Positions 21,541 to 30,524 of a stretch of 47,893 nt of DNA are shown one piece after another. How positions within the stretch are numbered: position 1 is the first letter of the stretch; the number at the start of each line of letters is the position of its first letter. The translations under genes were made by a program, and so were the position numbers. Under the pieces are notes generated by a model. The model ran no database searches and was not told where the DNA came from. It worked only from the letters and a program-made list of their open reading frames with translations. Source of the DNA: Opitutales bacterium UBA7389 (GTDB lineage Bacteria > Verrucomicrobiota > Verrucomicrobiia > Opitutales > Opitutaceae). Location: contig DKNL01000297.1 of assembly GCA_002474325.1 (NCBI GenBank), positions 1-47,893 of the forward strand, written 5' to 3'.

Positions 21541-22983
21541 CTAAACTTTCGCCGGTACTTCGTAATCCTGACGATACTCCCGTTTCAGGAGCTTATTAGC
21601 CTGACGATACCCTTTACCACCGACAAACCTTTCGGAACTGGCATCAAACTTCAGCTCGTTACCTATTTTCCAAAGTTCACTAGACTGGTCCAAGCTCCAA
21701 TCTTCCAACTGGGCATGGAAACGGCCGTGAGCCTCTTCCAGCAATACGTCTTTGCCTGCAAACTTCGCGGTCGCTTTGCCATTCGCTTGTCCACCTTCCA
21801 TGTAGGAAATATTCCCCAGATGAGCGAGACAACTCGACTTGTAAGCGCTTTCCAAATGGGACGCCACATCCGCTTCGCTACGGCTATTGATCGCCCTGAT
21901 GAAGGCTGGAAAATGATCGAACCCGCCATCACCTTTGAACGCTTTGATTTTCCTCCCATGATTGTCGTAAACGATTCCGCCTCCGCGCCCACCACGGAAT
22001 TCGCCTCCCTCGCAAGTTACAATCACTCCAACTCGGCTTCCCTTGAAATTCGGGGCGTTATTCAATTCTGGTTTCACCCAGAGGTTTCTCACCTCGAATA
22101 TAGCGGGAATACCGCCCCAATTGAAAGTTGTGATGCCCATATTCGGAGTGTTTCCCGCATCGTTCCAGCCGAATCTTCCTCCCAAGGACTGGACTTTCAG
22201 CGGGTGGTCCGGATCGCCAAGGATCCACCGCATTAGGTCAAGCTCGTGCGGACCTTGGTTCCCCAAGTCCCCATTACCGGTGTTAAAATCCCAATGCCAA
22301 TCGTAGTGGAATCTCGGGCGATAAAGATCCCGATGCACGGCGGGCCCGAGCCACATATCGTAGTCCACCGATTCTGGCAGGACCAGAGGGCTATCGATCT
22401 TACCGATGCTCTCGCGTTTTCGATAACATAATCCACGCACCATCTTGATTTCACCGATATTACCGGCATGAATCCAAGGAAATGCTTCGTTCAAGCCAAC
22501 GTCAGAGCGGTTCTGGAACCCTGCTTGAACGATTCTGTCGTATTGTTTGGCAGCTTTGACCATTTGGCGCCCTTCCCAAACACTATGACAAACTGGTTTT
22601 TCAACATAAACATCCTTACCCGCTTGGCATCCCCAAATGGTCTGTAGAGCGTGCCAATGATTAGGAGTGGTCAGAACGACCGCATCGACGTCCTTTCGCT
22701 CGAGAAGCTTCCTATAATCCGTCTCCTGGCTGATCGCAACACCGTACTCTTTATCTACATCGGCAGCTCGTTCCGCTAGGACATCGGTGTCCACATCACA
22801 TAGGGCTACTAGGCGGGCTCCTTCTGTTCGAAAGACGTCCTTGATGAGGCTCTTGCCTCTTCCACGCAGACCAACCACAGCGACCCGGATGTCTCGATTG
22901 GCCGCTTTGGCCCATGAAGGGGTTATGGCGAAGGTGCTCGCAGCTAGAGCAGAGGCTTTAATAAACTTACGACGAGATAACAT
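21541..22983 (-). CDS. Tat-exported Gfo/Idh/MocA family oxidoreductase
   Basis: Start placed at ATG 22983 (MLSRRKFIK, Tat motif). Rossmann VAVVGLRGRG, TPNHWH, YVEKP, DMWLGPA and GDLGNQGPH. Confidence 0.9.
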   Translation of the reverse strand: MLSRRKFIKASALAASTFAITPSWAKAANRDIRVAVVGLRGRGKSLIKDVFRTEGARLVALCDVDTDVLAERAADVDKEYGVAISQETDYRKLLERKDVDAVVLTTPNHWHALQTIWGCQAGKDVYVEKPVCHSVWEGRQMVKAAKQYDRIVQAGFQNRSDVGLNEAFPWIHAGNIGEIKMVRGLCYRKRESIGKIDSPLVLPESVDYDMWLGPAVHRDLYRPRFHYDWHWDFNTGNGDLGNQGPHELDLMRWILGDPDHPLKVQSLGGRFGWNDAGNTPNMGITTFNWGGIPAIFEVRNLWVKPELNNAPNFKGSRVGVIVTCEGGEFRGGRGGGIVYDNHGRKIKAFKGDGGFDHFPAFIRAINSRSEADVASHLESAYKSSCLAHLGNISYMEGGQANGKATAKFAGKDVLLEEAHGRFHAQLEDWSLDQSSELWKIGNELKFDASSERFVGGKGYRQANKLLKREYRQDYEVPAKV

Positions 22984-23084
22984 AATTTTCAGTTCCGACT
23001 GCCGGTTTTTAGAACACAGCTCGATTGTTTTGACAATCAAAATCAGGCCGTCGCATCTAGCGATCGAACCTAAGCCAAATTGAT

Positions 23085-24392
23085 TTATCTAGCTGCTCTC
23101 AGTTCCGAAAACTTTTCAAAACACCGTTCTTCCAGTTCCCAATCTCTGAGGGCTAATTGCCGCTTGGCGATAGAAGAGGCAGTACCGCTGATCCAAAGCT
23201 CTCTTGAGACGCCTTTCATTTCCTCGGAGAGCAGCGAGTCTGTAAGATCTGGCGACCAATGGAGGTAGTCCAAAGCCAATGGGAGAATTATAGATCCCTT
23301 TTCGCTTACCGCTACCGCCAGTCCCCTTCGAACCTCCAGCTTGTGCAAGGGCCTTATCAACTGACTGTAATTTCCAAATACAGATACGATCCTCACTATG
23401 AGCAGCGCCTCCTCCCTGCTCTGGACCTCCAACAATAGTCGGACAAGCTCTAGTCTTCCATCCACATCGAGCCCGTCTAAGGTTAGAACAAGTTCAGTTT
23501 TTTCAGTGAGCGTATAGTGTTCATGATCGTTGAAAATCATGATAGCCTCCGCCTCGATGCCCAAGTTCTTAAGAGCAATCGAGTTTAAGCGCTCTAGCTC
23601 CAACTCGGATTTGCTCCATACAAGCTCCTGAGCCTGTAATGTGTAGGAAAGAACTGAGCTCACTGGAATAGCAAACTCTGCCGCAAAAGACCCAACGCTC
23701 GAGGCCCACGCTATTCGCTCCAACTCATACTGGAGATTATCGTTGGTCGTGTAAGGATCAACCTTTAAACGTCTGGCCCAATCCCTCTTCGCTCGGTCGA
23801 ACCCCAAATGCCGGCGACTCAATTTTCTGGTGGCGCTACCTACTTTCTTAACCGTCCCTTCCGACGATTCGCTATCTTGCGGATTTTTAGGCCCCCTATT
23901 TTTGAAGTTCTGCGGATTCGCCTTGGAAGCCACCACTCGAGATCCCTTTTTGACCTCATAAAACTTGCCCTGCAAATACCGAACAACTCCACCTGGGATT
24001 CCCGCCACTGTAGATATTGGTTTTCGGGCAACCGTCCAAGTCCTAACCAATGGGTTTTTGAGCGCTTCCGAGAAGGACTTCGCAAATGCGTCTGTCTTAC
24101 TGATTTCCTCCAATCTCTCGAGGGCGTGGATTTCATTGACCCGCTTTTCAAGCATATCGATTCCACGTACACGGTACTCTCCAAAATCGCTGTAGAGCTC
24201 GAACTCGTATCCAAAATTCACCACATGTCCGATCGGGCCAAGTTGATACCGCTCTCCTCCCCTCAGGTCTTGAGGGACGAGATCGTGCGAAAATACAAGC
24301 GGAGGCCCTTCGACGGGCTCGATTTCCGCCCTCAATGCAGGAACCCACAAAGCCAAAAATAAAATCGCTGCCAATACTGGAGGAACGCCCAT
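23085..24392 (-). CDS. Exported hypothetical protein
   Basis: 435 aa ORF with a Sec signal (VPALRA-E). No catalytic motif recognised. Confidence 0.75.
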   Translation of the reverse strand: MGVPPVLAAILFLALWVPALRAEIEPVEGPPLVFSHDLVPQDLRGGERYQLGPIGHVVNFGYEFELYSDFGEYRVRGIDMLEKRVNEIHALERLEEISKTDAFAKSFSEALKNPLVRTWTVARKPISTVAGIPGGVVRYLQGKFYEVKKGSRVVASKANPQNFKNRGPKNPQDSESSEGTVKKVGSATRKLSRRHLGFDRAKRDWARRLKVDPYTTNDNLQYELERIAWASSVGSFAAEFAIPVSSVLSYTLQAQELVWSKSELELERLNSIALKNLGIEAEAIMIFNDHEHYTLTEKTELVLTLDGLDVDGRLELVRLLLEVQSREEALLIVRIVSVFGNYSQLIRPLHKLEVRRGLAVAVSEKGSIILPLALDYLHWSPDLTDSLLSEEMKGVSRELWISGTASSIAKRQLALRDWELEERCFEKFSELRAAR

Positions 24393-24655
24393 ACTTGCTT
24401 CTATATTTAAACCTCGAGCCTAAACTCGTGTTCCAATTAAAACTTAACGCATCAATATACCGAAACAATCGAATTTTGTTAATAGAGATTTTAACCTATC
24501 TATTTTTGCAAGAGTACACCATCACGCTCTCCCATGCTAGGCGAATCGTAATCGGCAGTTGCTATTGTGTATGCCCATATGAGAGGGAAGCGAACCGAAA
24601 CGGAAATGGACATCGTCTTCGACACGCGTTCCCTCCACAATTTTAGTAAACGATA

Positions 24656-25072
24656 ATGATTTCTGTGGAACTAACTGGATTTTCGCCGCATCAAATGGCA
24701 ATTCTTTCCATACGCTTCAATGTCTTCGTCAAAGAGCAAGGAGTAGATCCTAGTCTCGAGATCGACGGGCAAGACCCGGATTGCCTTCACGCTATCGCGT
24801 ACATCGATGGCAAAGCCGTAGGGACTGGACGTTTACTTCCGTACGGCCATATCGGTCGCATGGCTGTACTACCTGATTATCGTTCGCGCGGCACTGGATC
24901 CGCAATATTACGAGCCCTGATCAAGGCTGCCCGTGATCGTGGAGACACCCTCATCGTTCTTGCCTCGCAAGTTCACGCCGCCGCTTTCTACCAGCGATTC
25001 GGGTTTCAAAGTCACGGAGCTCCCTTCATTGAGGCTGGAATCGAGCATATTCATATGCAACTTCAGTTGTGA
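24656..25072 (+). CDS. GNAT N-acetyltransferase (ElaA/YjcF-like)
   Basis: IRFNVFVKEQ, GTGRLL, IGRMAV, RSRGTG, FYQRFGF and FIEAGIEHIHM. Confidence 0.9.
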   Translation: MISVELTGFSPHQMAILSIRFNVFVKEQGVDPSLEIDGQDPDCLHAIAYIDGKAVGTGRLLPYGHIGRMAVLPDYRSRGTGSAILRALIKAARDRGDTLIVLASQVHAAAFYQRFGFQSHGAPFIEAGIEHIHMQLQL

Positions 25073-25107
25073 AGTCCCACGACCATTCCTGGAATAATCG
25101 ACCCGCC

Positions 25108-25269
25108 ATGAAATCAATTTCAACTCAATCGCTCAACCAGGGGCTTGCCAAAGAACCGCCTCTTCAAGTTATAGACGTTATCACTGAACAGCATCTCCAA
25201 GCCGAGCATCTTCCCGATGCTGAGAATACCTGCGTCTATGAAATCAGCTTTGTTGACAGCATCTCGTAA
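25108..25269 (+). pseudogene. Truncated rhodanese-domain gene fragment
   Basis: MKSISTQSL...VIDV...HLPDAENTCVYE resembles a rhodanese N-terminus (IDV...HLPGA.N). It stops after 53 aa, before the active-site loop. Confidence 0.6.
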
Positions 25270-25375
25270 CCGATTTCATCTCGATCAGCTTACGATAGAT
25301 CGCCCCAATACAAACCAGTTAATTTGAAATCGTTTCGAGAGATCAAACGAGCTAACAGTCTTTCGCGGTAGAGGC

Positions 25376-26371
25376 ATGTTCAATCATCTCAAAAGCCAAC
25401 TTCTGACAGGAGGGATCCTCATGGCGATTCTCTTGGCCTACTTGTTCCCCGATATTGGATCTACAGGGGGACCCCTAAAGACGGAGATCACGACTAAAAT
25501 AGCTATCGCCCTGATCTTCTTTTTCCAGGGCCTAACGCTGAACACCCGCAAACTGCTTATCAGTGTTAATCGATGGCGACTTCACATCTACTGCCAGAGC
25601 TGCATTTTTTTAGTCTCACCAGCGCTGATGCTCCTGTTGATTATCCTGTTCGGCCGCTGGATTCCTTCAAATCTTCAACCCGGACTGCTCTTTCTTTCTG
25701 TACTGCCATCGACGATCTTTTCATCCACAGTATTTACCGCGAATAGCGGTGGCAATGCTGGAGCCGCCCTATTCAACGCGACGCTTTCGAACCTGATAGG
25801 CGTGGTTATTACACCTCTCTGGTGCCTGGCCCTATTGGCCAAAGCAAATAATGAGTTTCCGCCAGTAGGTTCACTCATCGCCAAAATCGCCTTTTTTATT
25901 ATTCTACCGCTAGTAATTGGGCAACTGATTCGGATTGCGACAACAGACCAGGCAATAACCCGGTTTGGCAAAGCCATCAAACGTTTCAACAATGGCACGA
26001 TTCTGTTCGTCGTATTCGCGGCTTTCTGCGATAGCTTTAATACAGATGTATGGGCAAATTTCCCATTCTTTTCCATTCTTCTAGCTGTCTCCTATTCCTC
26101 CCTGTTCTTAGGTCTTCTGTCTTATCTGGCATGGACATTCTCGTGGCTAGCTTCACCGTCCGCTAGCCAAAGGATCGCGGTATTTTTCTGCAGTTCCCAA
26201 AAAACGCTAGCCGCTGGCGTTCCTATCGCTGCTGTCGTATTCGCTGGGTAGTCTGGGAATCTGGCTCAAGGTCCGATTCTGATTCCACTTATGATCTACC
26301 ACGCTATCCAACTTGTCCTCGCTGGGCTGGCTTCCGGCTTCCTAATCACTAGAAACCAGATCACCTCCTAA
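25376..26371 (+). pseudogene. Bile acid:sodium symporter (SBF-like) transporter interrupted by an in-frame TAG at 26249-26251
   Basis: LPSTIFSS, GGNAGAALFNATLSN and FCSSQKTLAAGVP motifs. The same frame continues past the TAG as SGNLAQGPILIPLMIYHAIQLVLAG..., the family's last TM, ending at TAA 26371. Confidence 0.8.
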
Positions 26372-26589
26372 GGCTGCCTTTCTTTAGGATCTGGGAACTT
26401 GTCCGGCGATATTGAAATTCCGAATTCCGAGAAGTCATTAACGATGCCGTGTAGTGACCGGTCTTGTTTAAACACCTTCAATATTTCTTGATGCTCGTAA
26501 TCAGATGTGGGCCACTCTTTGAAATACCCGGGAAGCATAAAAACGGTATAGCTCTGGTCGCGCTCGACTTTTCTGCGAATTACTAACAT
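26368..26589 (-). CDS. Small hypothetical protein (73 aa)
   Basis: ATG-started ORF with natural composition, converging on the SBF gene's downstream stop with a 4-bp overlap. Confidence 0.6.
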   Translation of the reverse strand: MLVIRRKVERDQSYTVFMLPGYFKEWPTSDYEHQEILKVFKQDRSLHGIVNDFSEFGISISPDKFPDPKERQP

Positions 26590-26795
26590 GCATAAGTATC
26601 CGAATCACTAATTCAGTCCCTAGCAACTCCAATTCGACTAACGCGGCCGGGGGGTCGTGATTAGCGAACGGCAGCCTTAAAAGGGCTACTGCGACAGAAG
26701 ACCAGAGTTGCTGAGCAAAATCACCCGTTCGCTATAGATTATATCCTCTTTTTTGGGCAAATTCGATTGCAACCACACGGATATTCAAAACCAAT

Positions 26796-27110
26796 ATGTT
26801 AGAGGCTGAGGCCCTAAAAACAGCACTGGCCAGGATAGCGATGACTCAAACGCACCAAGAGACTAGCTTTAACTCAGGTCGCGAAGCTCAGAATAGAACT
26901 CATACAATACCAGCAAATCAGGGAATGGACAGCATTAATCACGCCCAATCTAATACACGATTCACACACCCTTCGCAGAGCCAAGTAGGCAAGAGAAAGG
27001 TTCGCGACGCAGAACAAGCTAACGAAAGGCCTCTTCATTTGCAACAGCCATCACATGAGTCAGCTTACCCGGGCGTATTCGACGACGAAGCAGTCGAACG
27101 ATTGAAGTAG
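26796..27110 (+). CDS. Hypothetical protein (104 aa, hydrophilic)
   Basis: Only sizeable ORF in the gap upstream of pdxH. No domain recognised. Confidence 0.5.
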   Translation: MLEAEALKTALARIAMTQTHQETSFNSGREAQNRTHTIPANQGMDSINHAQSNTRFTHPSQSQVGKRKVRDAEQANERPLHLQQPSHESAYPGVFDDEAVERLK

Positions 27111-27161
27111 GAAGTCTGAAGATGCTTTTGGAATCGCTCCAAAAGAAAAATCCCTAAATAA

Positions 27162-27806
27162 GTGGCCAAAGACCTGAGTAAATTAAGGAAGGAATACACG
27201 GGAACTAGCCTCAGCAGGAAAGATTTGGCGACCAATCCGTTAGATCAGTTCGAGCGCTGGTTTTCGCAGGCTCAAGAGTTAGAAGTGGTTGAGCCCAACG
27301 CCATGTCCCTTTCCACGGTGGATGAAAACGGACAGCCCTGGCAACGCATGGTCCTCCTGAAAGCGTTCGATAAGCGAGGATTTGTCTTTTTCACCAACTT
27401 CAGCAGCCGCAAGGCGAAGCATATCGAGACAAACGCCCAAGTATCGCTACTCTTCCCTTGGGTAGCCATACATCGGCAGGTCGCTATCTGTGGTAAAGCG
27501 GAAAAGATATCCTCAATCGAATCGCTCAAATATTTCGTCAAACGCCCTTATGGCAGCCAAATTGGGGCTTGGGCATCCGAACAAAGCTCAGTCATCTCTT
27601 CGAGATCCTTGCTGCAAGCGAAATTCGACGAGATTAAGCGGGAATTCAAGCGCGGCGAAGTGCCTCTTCCCACATTTTGGGGAGGCTATCGTATTAGTCC
27701 AGATTCGTTCGAATTCTGGCAGGGGGGATCCTATCGTATCCACGATCGTTTCTTGTATTCTATAAGCTCTGACGAATGCTGGAAAATCGATCGCTTGTCT
27801 CCCTGA
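27162..27806 (+). CDS. pdxH: Pyridoxine/pyridoxamine 5'-phosphate oxidase
   Basis: LRKEY, EPNAMSLST, RMVLLK, FFTNFSSRK, SQIGAWASEQS, FWGGY and EFWQGG..RIHDR. Confidence 0.95.
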   Translation: MAKDLSKLRKEYTGTSLSRKDLATNPLDQFERWFSQAQELEVVEPNAMSLSTVDENGQPWQRMVLLKAFDKRGFVFFTNFSSRKAKHIETNAQVSLLFPWVAIHRQVAICGKAEKISSIESLKYFVKRPYGSQIGAWASEQSSVISSRSLLQAKFDEIKREFKRGEVPLPTFWGGYRISPDSFEFWQGGSYRIHDRFLYSISSDECWKIDRLSP

Positions 27807-27818
27807 GAGCCGTTTCGC

Positions 27819-28613
27819 TTATCGTTGCCAAGCTTCCGACCAGCAAGTTGTTCGGCCGCCAATATTCTCTCGATTTAGCGGGACACCCGTCTTTGGACAG
27901 TTATCGCCCGCTTTCCACCTACGATGGAATAACCAAGTCTTGGGAGGATCTGAAAAGTCGGAGGCGATTCGAGCCATTGCAACTCGGGACACTCGTTTTA
28001 CAGCTCTAAATAGCTCCTTGACCTCCTTCTCGCCAAGCACAGCTATAGGACGTTGAGGGCGTATACGGGATTGCCAAAGCACTTCATCGGCCATCCAATT
28101 CCCAATTCCAGGGAAACGCGACTGGTCCATTAGCATGCTCTTCAATGGTTGCTTTGAACCCCTATCGACAAACTTCCGGAAATAATGGAAATCAAACTTT
28201 TCCGAAATGGGCTCGAAAGGCAGTTCGTGCCAAAATTCAGGCAAAGTATCGCTTTCGAAACTTTCGATTCTTCCGAATTGTCGCGGATCGTTGAAAACCA
28301 GCCACCCCACACGCGTCTCCAGCGCCAAGTGGTCATGCTTTTCAAGGTCTGCTTCTGGCGGCCTTATTAGCAAGCTGCCCGTCATCCCCAAGTGAATACC
28401 CAACCACAATCTCCGATCCAACTCGAACAGCATTCGCTTTCCATGCGTGAGCGAGCGGATCACCCGATTCTCCAAAAGGCGTTCGCTGAGCCGAGACGGA
28501 ACGACGCTCCGAAAGCAACGCTTCTGGCCATTCATCCGAACTTGAAGAATTCGTTCACCCCAGCCAGGATTCCAACGAGAACAATAGAACGCTACCTCCG
28601 CTAATTCTGGCAT
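27819..28613 (-). CDS. mutM: Fpg/Nei-family DNA glycosylase/AP lyase
   Basis: MPELAEV N-terminus, HGKRM, HLGMTG, FNDPRQFG, and H2TH motif LMDQSRFPGIGNWMADE. Confidence 0.88.
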   Translation of the reverse strand: MPELAEVAFYCSRWNPGWGERILQVRMNGQKRCFRSVVPSRLSERLLENRVIRSLTHGKRMLFELDRRLWLGIHLGMTGSLLIRPPEADLEKHDHLALETRVGWLVFNDPRQFGRIESFESDTLPEFWHELPFEPISEKFDFHYFRKFVDRGSKQPLKSMLMDQSRFPGIGNWMADEVLWQSRIRPQRPIAVLGEKEVKELFRAVKRVSRVAMARIASDFSDPPKTWLFHRRWKAGDNCPKTGVPLNRENIGGRTTCWSEAWQR

Positions 28614-28719
28614 TTCTCAAAAGATTGCACTTAATAAATCCTATCGAAATAGACCGAATTCACCCACCGGTTGGCCCAACGGCGATTGGTATCAATCCAA
28701 AACGATCTCCTCTTTCCAA

Positions 28720-28745
28720 TATTTTCGGTAAGGTTACCGAAAATA
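28720..28745. promoter_or_regulatory. Perfect 26-bp palindrome, candidate operator or hairpin
   Basis: TATTTTCGGTAA-GG-TTACCGAAAATA in the hslO-fpg intergenic region. Confidence 0.5.
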
Positions 28746-28826
28746 GTAGTTATCGGGGGCTTGTGTCCCCAGATGGGTAAAACCTGTACCAAGTCGGTAT
28801 CCATTCCCGATGTCTTGCACTTTATA

Positions 28827-29624
28827 TTATTCTGCATCGCTAGCGCAAGCTTCCATCATTTCGCGGCTCAACCGGTACTTTCCCGCGCAACGCGGGCAGT
28901 TCACTTCAATCAATTCTTCTCCCAAGAACAGTTCCTCCCGACTTTGCCTCCACACCGGCAATAAGGTCTCGAGAATACGCATCTGGTTGCATCCGCAATG
29001 CCAACAAACGATCCGAGTTTCTAAGGGCTTGACGGTTTCTCGCTTTCCCAAGGCAGGAAGATCTTCAGAACTCAATTCCCTAAACCAGTCTCTGTCGTAA
29101 TCTGGATGAGCTGACGCGATTGCGAACGTTTCAGCATCCACCTGGAAGAACCGAGCGGGCCTCTGTTCGCTGCGCTTATAGTAGGCCTCGGCGGCGACCA
29201 ATGGGTCGTTCCCATCGAAGGAAACCACACTTCTATGCAGCGGTTTGTTACCCTTCACTATTTCCTGGTAGAATACATTCTCTTCCGCTTCTTTGACGTT
29301 TTCTGTGAAGGCTCTACCTACGACGGATCCATCACTCGTGTCGCCGCACATAAAGATGTTCAACAAGGGATCCTGAAAGTTAATGGTCCAGGCCAGAACT
29401 TCGTTCCTCGGCCGGGAAACGCAATGAAGAGCGAATGCCGCCAATCCACGTTTCAATAGCTCGTCAGTGTCCGCATCGATCTCGATTCGATTATCCTTCA
29501 AGTGAAGGTAATAGTCGACGTATAGCGGACTGAAATTCGCCATGGCGAAGAGCACGTTCCGCTCCCGGATGAAACTGGAAACGATTGAAAAGGACGGCTC
29601 CTCAGAGGGGTCGCTATCGCTCAT
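28827..29624 (-). CDS. hslO: Hsp33 redox-regulated chaperone
   Basis: C-terminal zinc switch HCGC...CPRC and YYKRSEQRP (the SEQ motif of Hsp33). Start placed at ATG 29624; GTG 29630 is an alternative. Confidence 0.8.
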   Translation of the reverse strand: MSDSDPSEEPSFSIVSSFIRERNVLFAMANFSPLYVDYYLHLKDNRIEIDADTDELLKRGLAAFALHCVSRPRNEVLAWTINFQDPLLNIFMCGDTSDGSVVGRAFTENVKEAEENVFYQEIVKGNKPLHRSVVSFDGNDPLVAAEAYYKRSEQRPARFFQVDAETFAIASAHPDYDRDWFRELSSEDLPALGKRETVKPLETRIVCWHCGCNQMRILETLLPVWRQSREELFLGEELIEVNCPRCAGKYRLSREMMEACASDAE

Positions 29625-29705
29625 TGGCACGATAATGAAAGCGTTGCCGTTCTAAAGTCCAGCCTGGATCGTATCTAAGTTAAAGATACAAAACCAATCA
29701 CAAGA

Positions 29706-30524
29706 CTATTGGTTACGGATTTTTAGATCCGCTAATCGAACAGCAACCATCTCCCGCCGATCATCCCACTTGGCAGTTCTGAGAAAGTCTTCCAAAGCGG
29801 AGATGGCGACATCAGCATCCCCCATAGCTTCCGCTAATTCCGCCACGGAAAGCATCAGTTCGATTTGAGTTTCCGGAACGAGGGTCTCGATTTCATAAGC
29901 GGCTCTCAAGTGCTTGTATGCCTTCGCTTCCGACAGCTCAAAAACCCGGTAAGCTTCTCCCATAGATCTGTGAAAGCCTCGCTGCATTTCCGGGATCGTC
30001 AGCCTCTTGCCTCTCTCCTCAAGAAACTCCAGCCTATCGCCAATGCTTTCTTCCGCCTCGCGTTCATACAGTTCGACCAGAATGAACTTGAGGAAGGCCA
30101 GTTCTCCGAAAAAACGGCCAGGATAAGTCTCAAACAAAAACCTGTAGCCAAGCCTTGCCGACTCCAGATCCGGCTCGTCCAGATGTTTGTGACTAATTCT
30201 TGCCAGGTAATAGGCCGACGCCATGCCAACATCATCGTTCCCGTTGATCTCGAAAAGCTGATCGAATACCTTCTTTGCCCGGAAGGCGTTGGCCTCTTCT
30301 CTCGACTCTTGAAACAAGATTCCTAGGGCTCTGGCATATCCCCCTAGTCGGGTATTACCGGTACTTCTCGCTCGCAAATCATTCACTTCAGGCGATCCCG
30401 AGTTGTAAAGCAGAAGAGCTTCCACTTCCCAAGGTTCCGCTGCCATCGTCTTGTTCGGCAGCAACGCTGTCGCGAAAACGGCGAAGCATCCGCAAAGTAG
30501 ATTCGACTTGGAAAAAGGTTGCAT
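29706..30524 (-). CDS. Exported TPR-like hypothetical protein
   Basis: Signal-like N-terminus and helical repeats (SAYYLARI, YPGRFFGELA) resembling TPR/BamD-type folds. Confidence 0.65.
   Translation of the reverse strand: MQPFSKSNLLCGCFAVFATALLPNKTMAAEPWEVEALLLYNSGSPEVNDLRARSTGNTRLGGYARALGILFQESREEANAFRAKKVFDQLFEINGNDDVGMASAYYLARISHKHLDEPDLESARLGYRFLFETYPGRFFGELAFLKFILVELYEREAEESIGDRLEFLEERGKRLTIPEMQRGFHRSMGEAYRVFELSEAKAYKHLRAAYEIETLVPETQIELMLSVAELAEAMGDADVAISALEDFLRTAKWDDRREMVAVRLADLKIRNQ

Noticed and set aside
26249-26251. Genome-wide TAG reassignment or pyrrolysine
   Set aside because: Many intact genes in the window end at TAG at their expected C-termini, and no pyl genes are visible.
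28631-28837. 68-aa minus-strand ORF between hslO and fpg
   Set aside because: It runs through the palindromic/structured region and has no recognisable features.
29625-29645. TGGCAC as a sigma-54 promoter
   Set aside because: There is no TTGC at the -12 position, and it points into the 3' end of a convergent gene.
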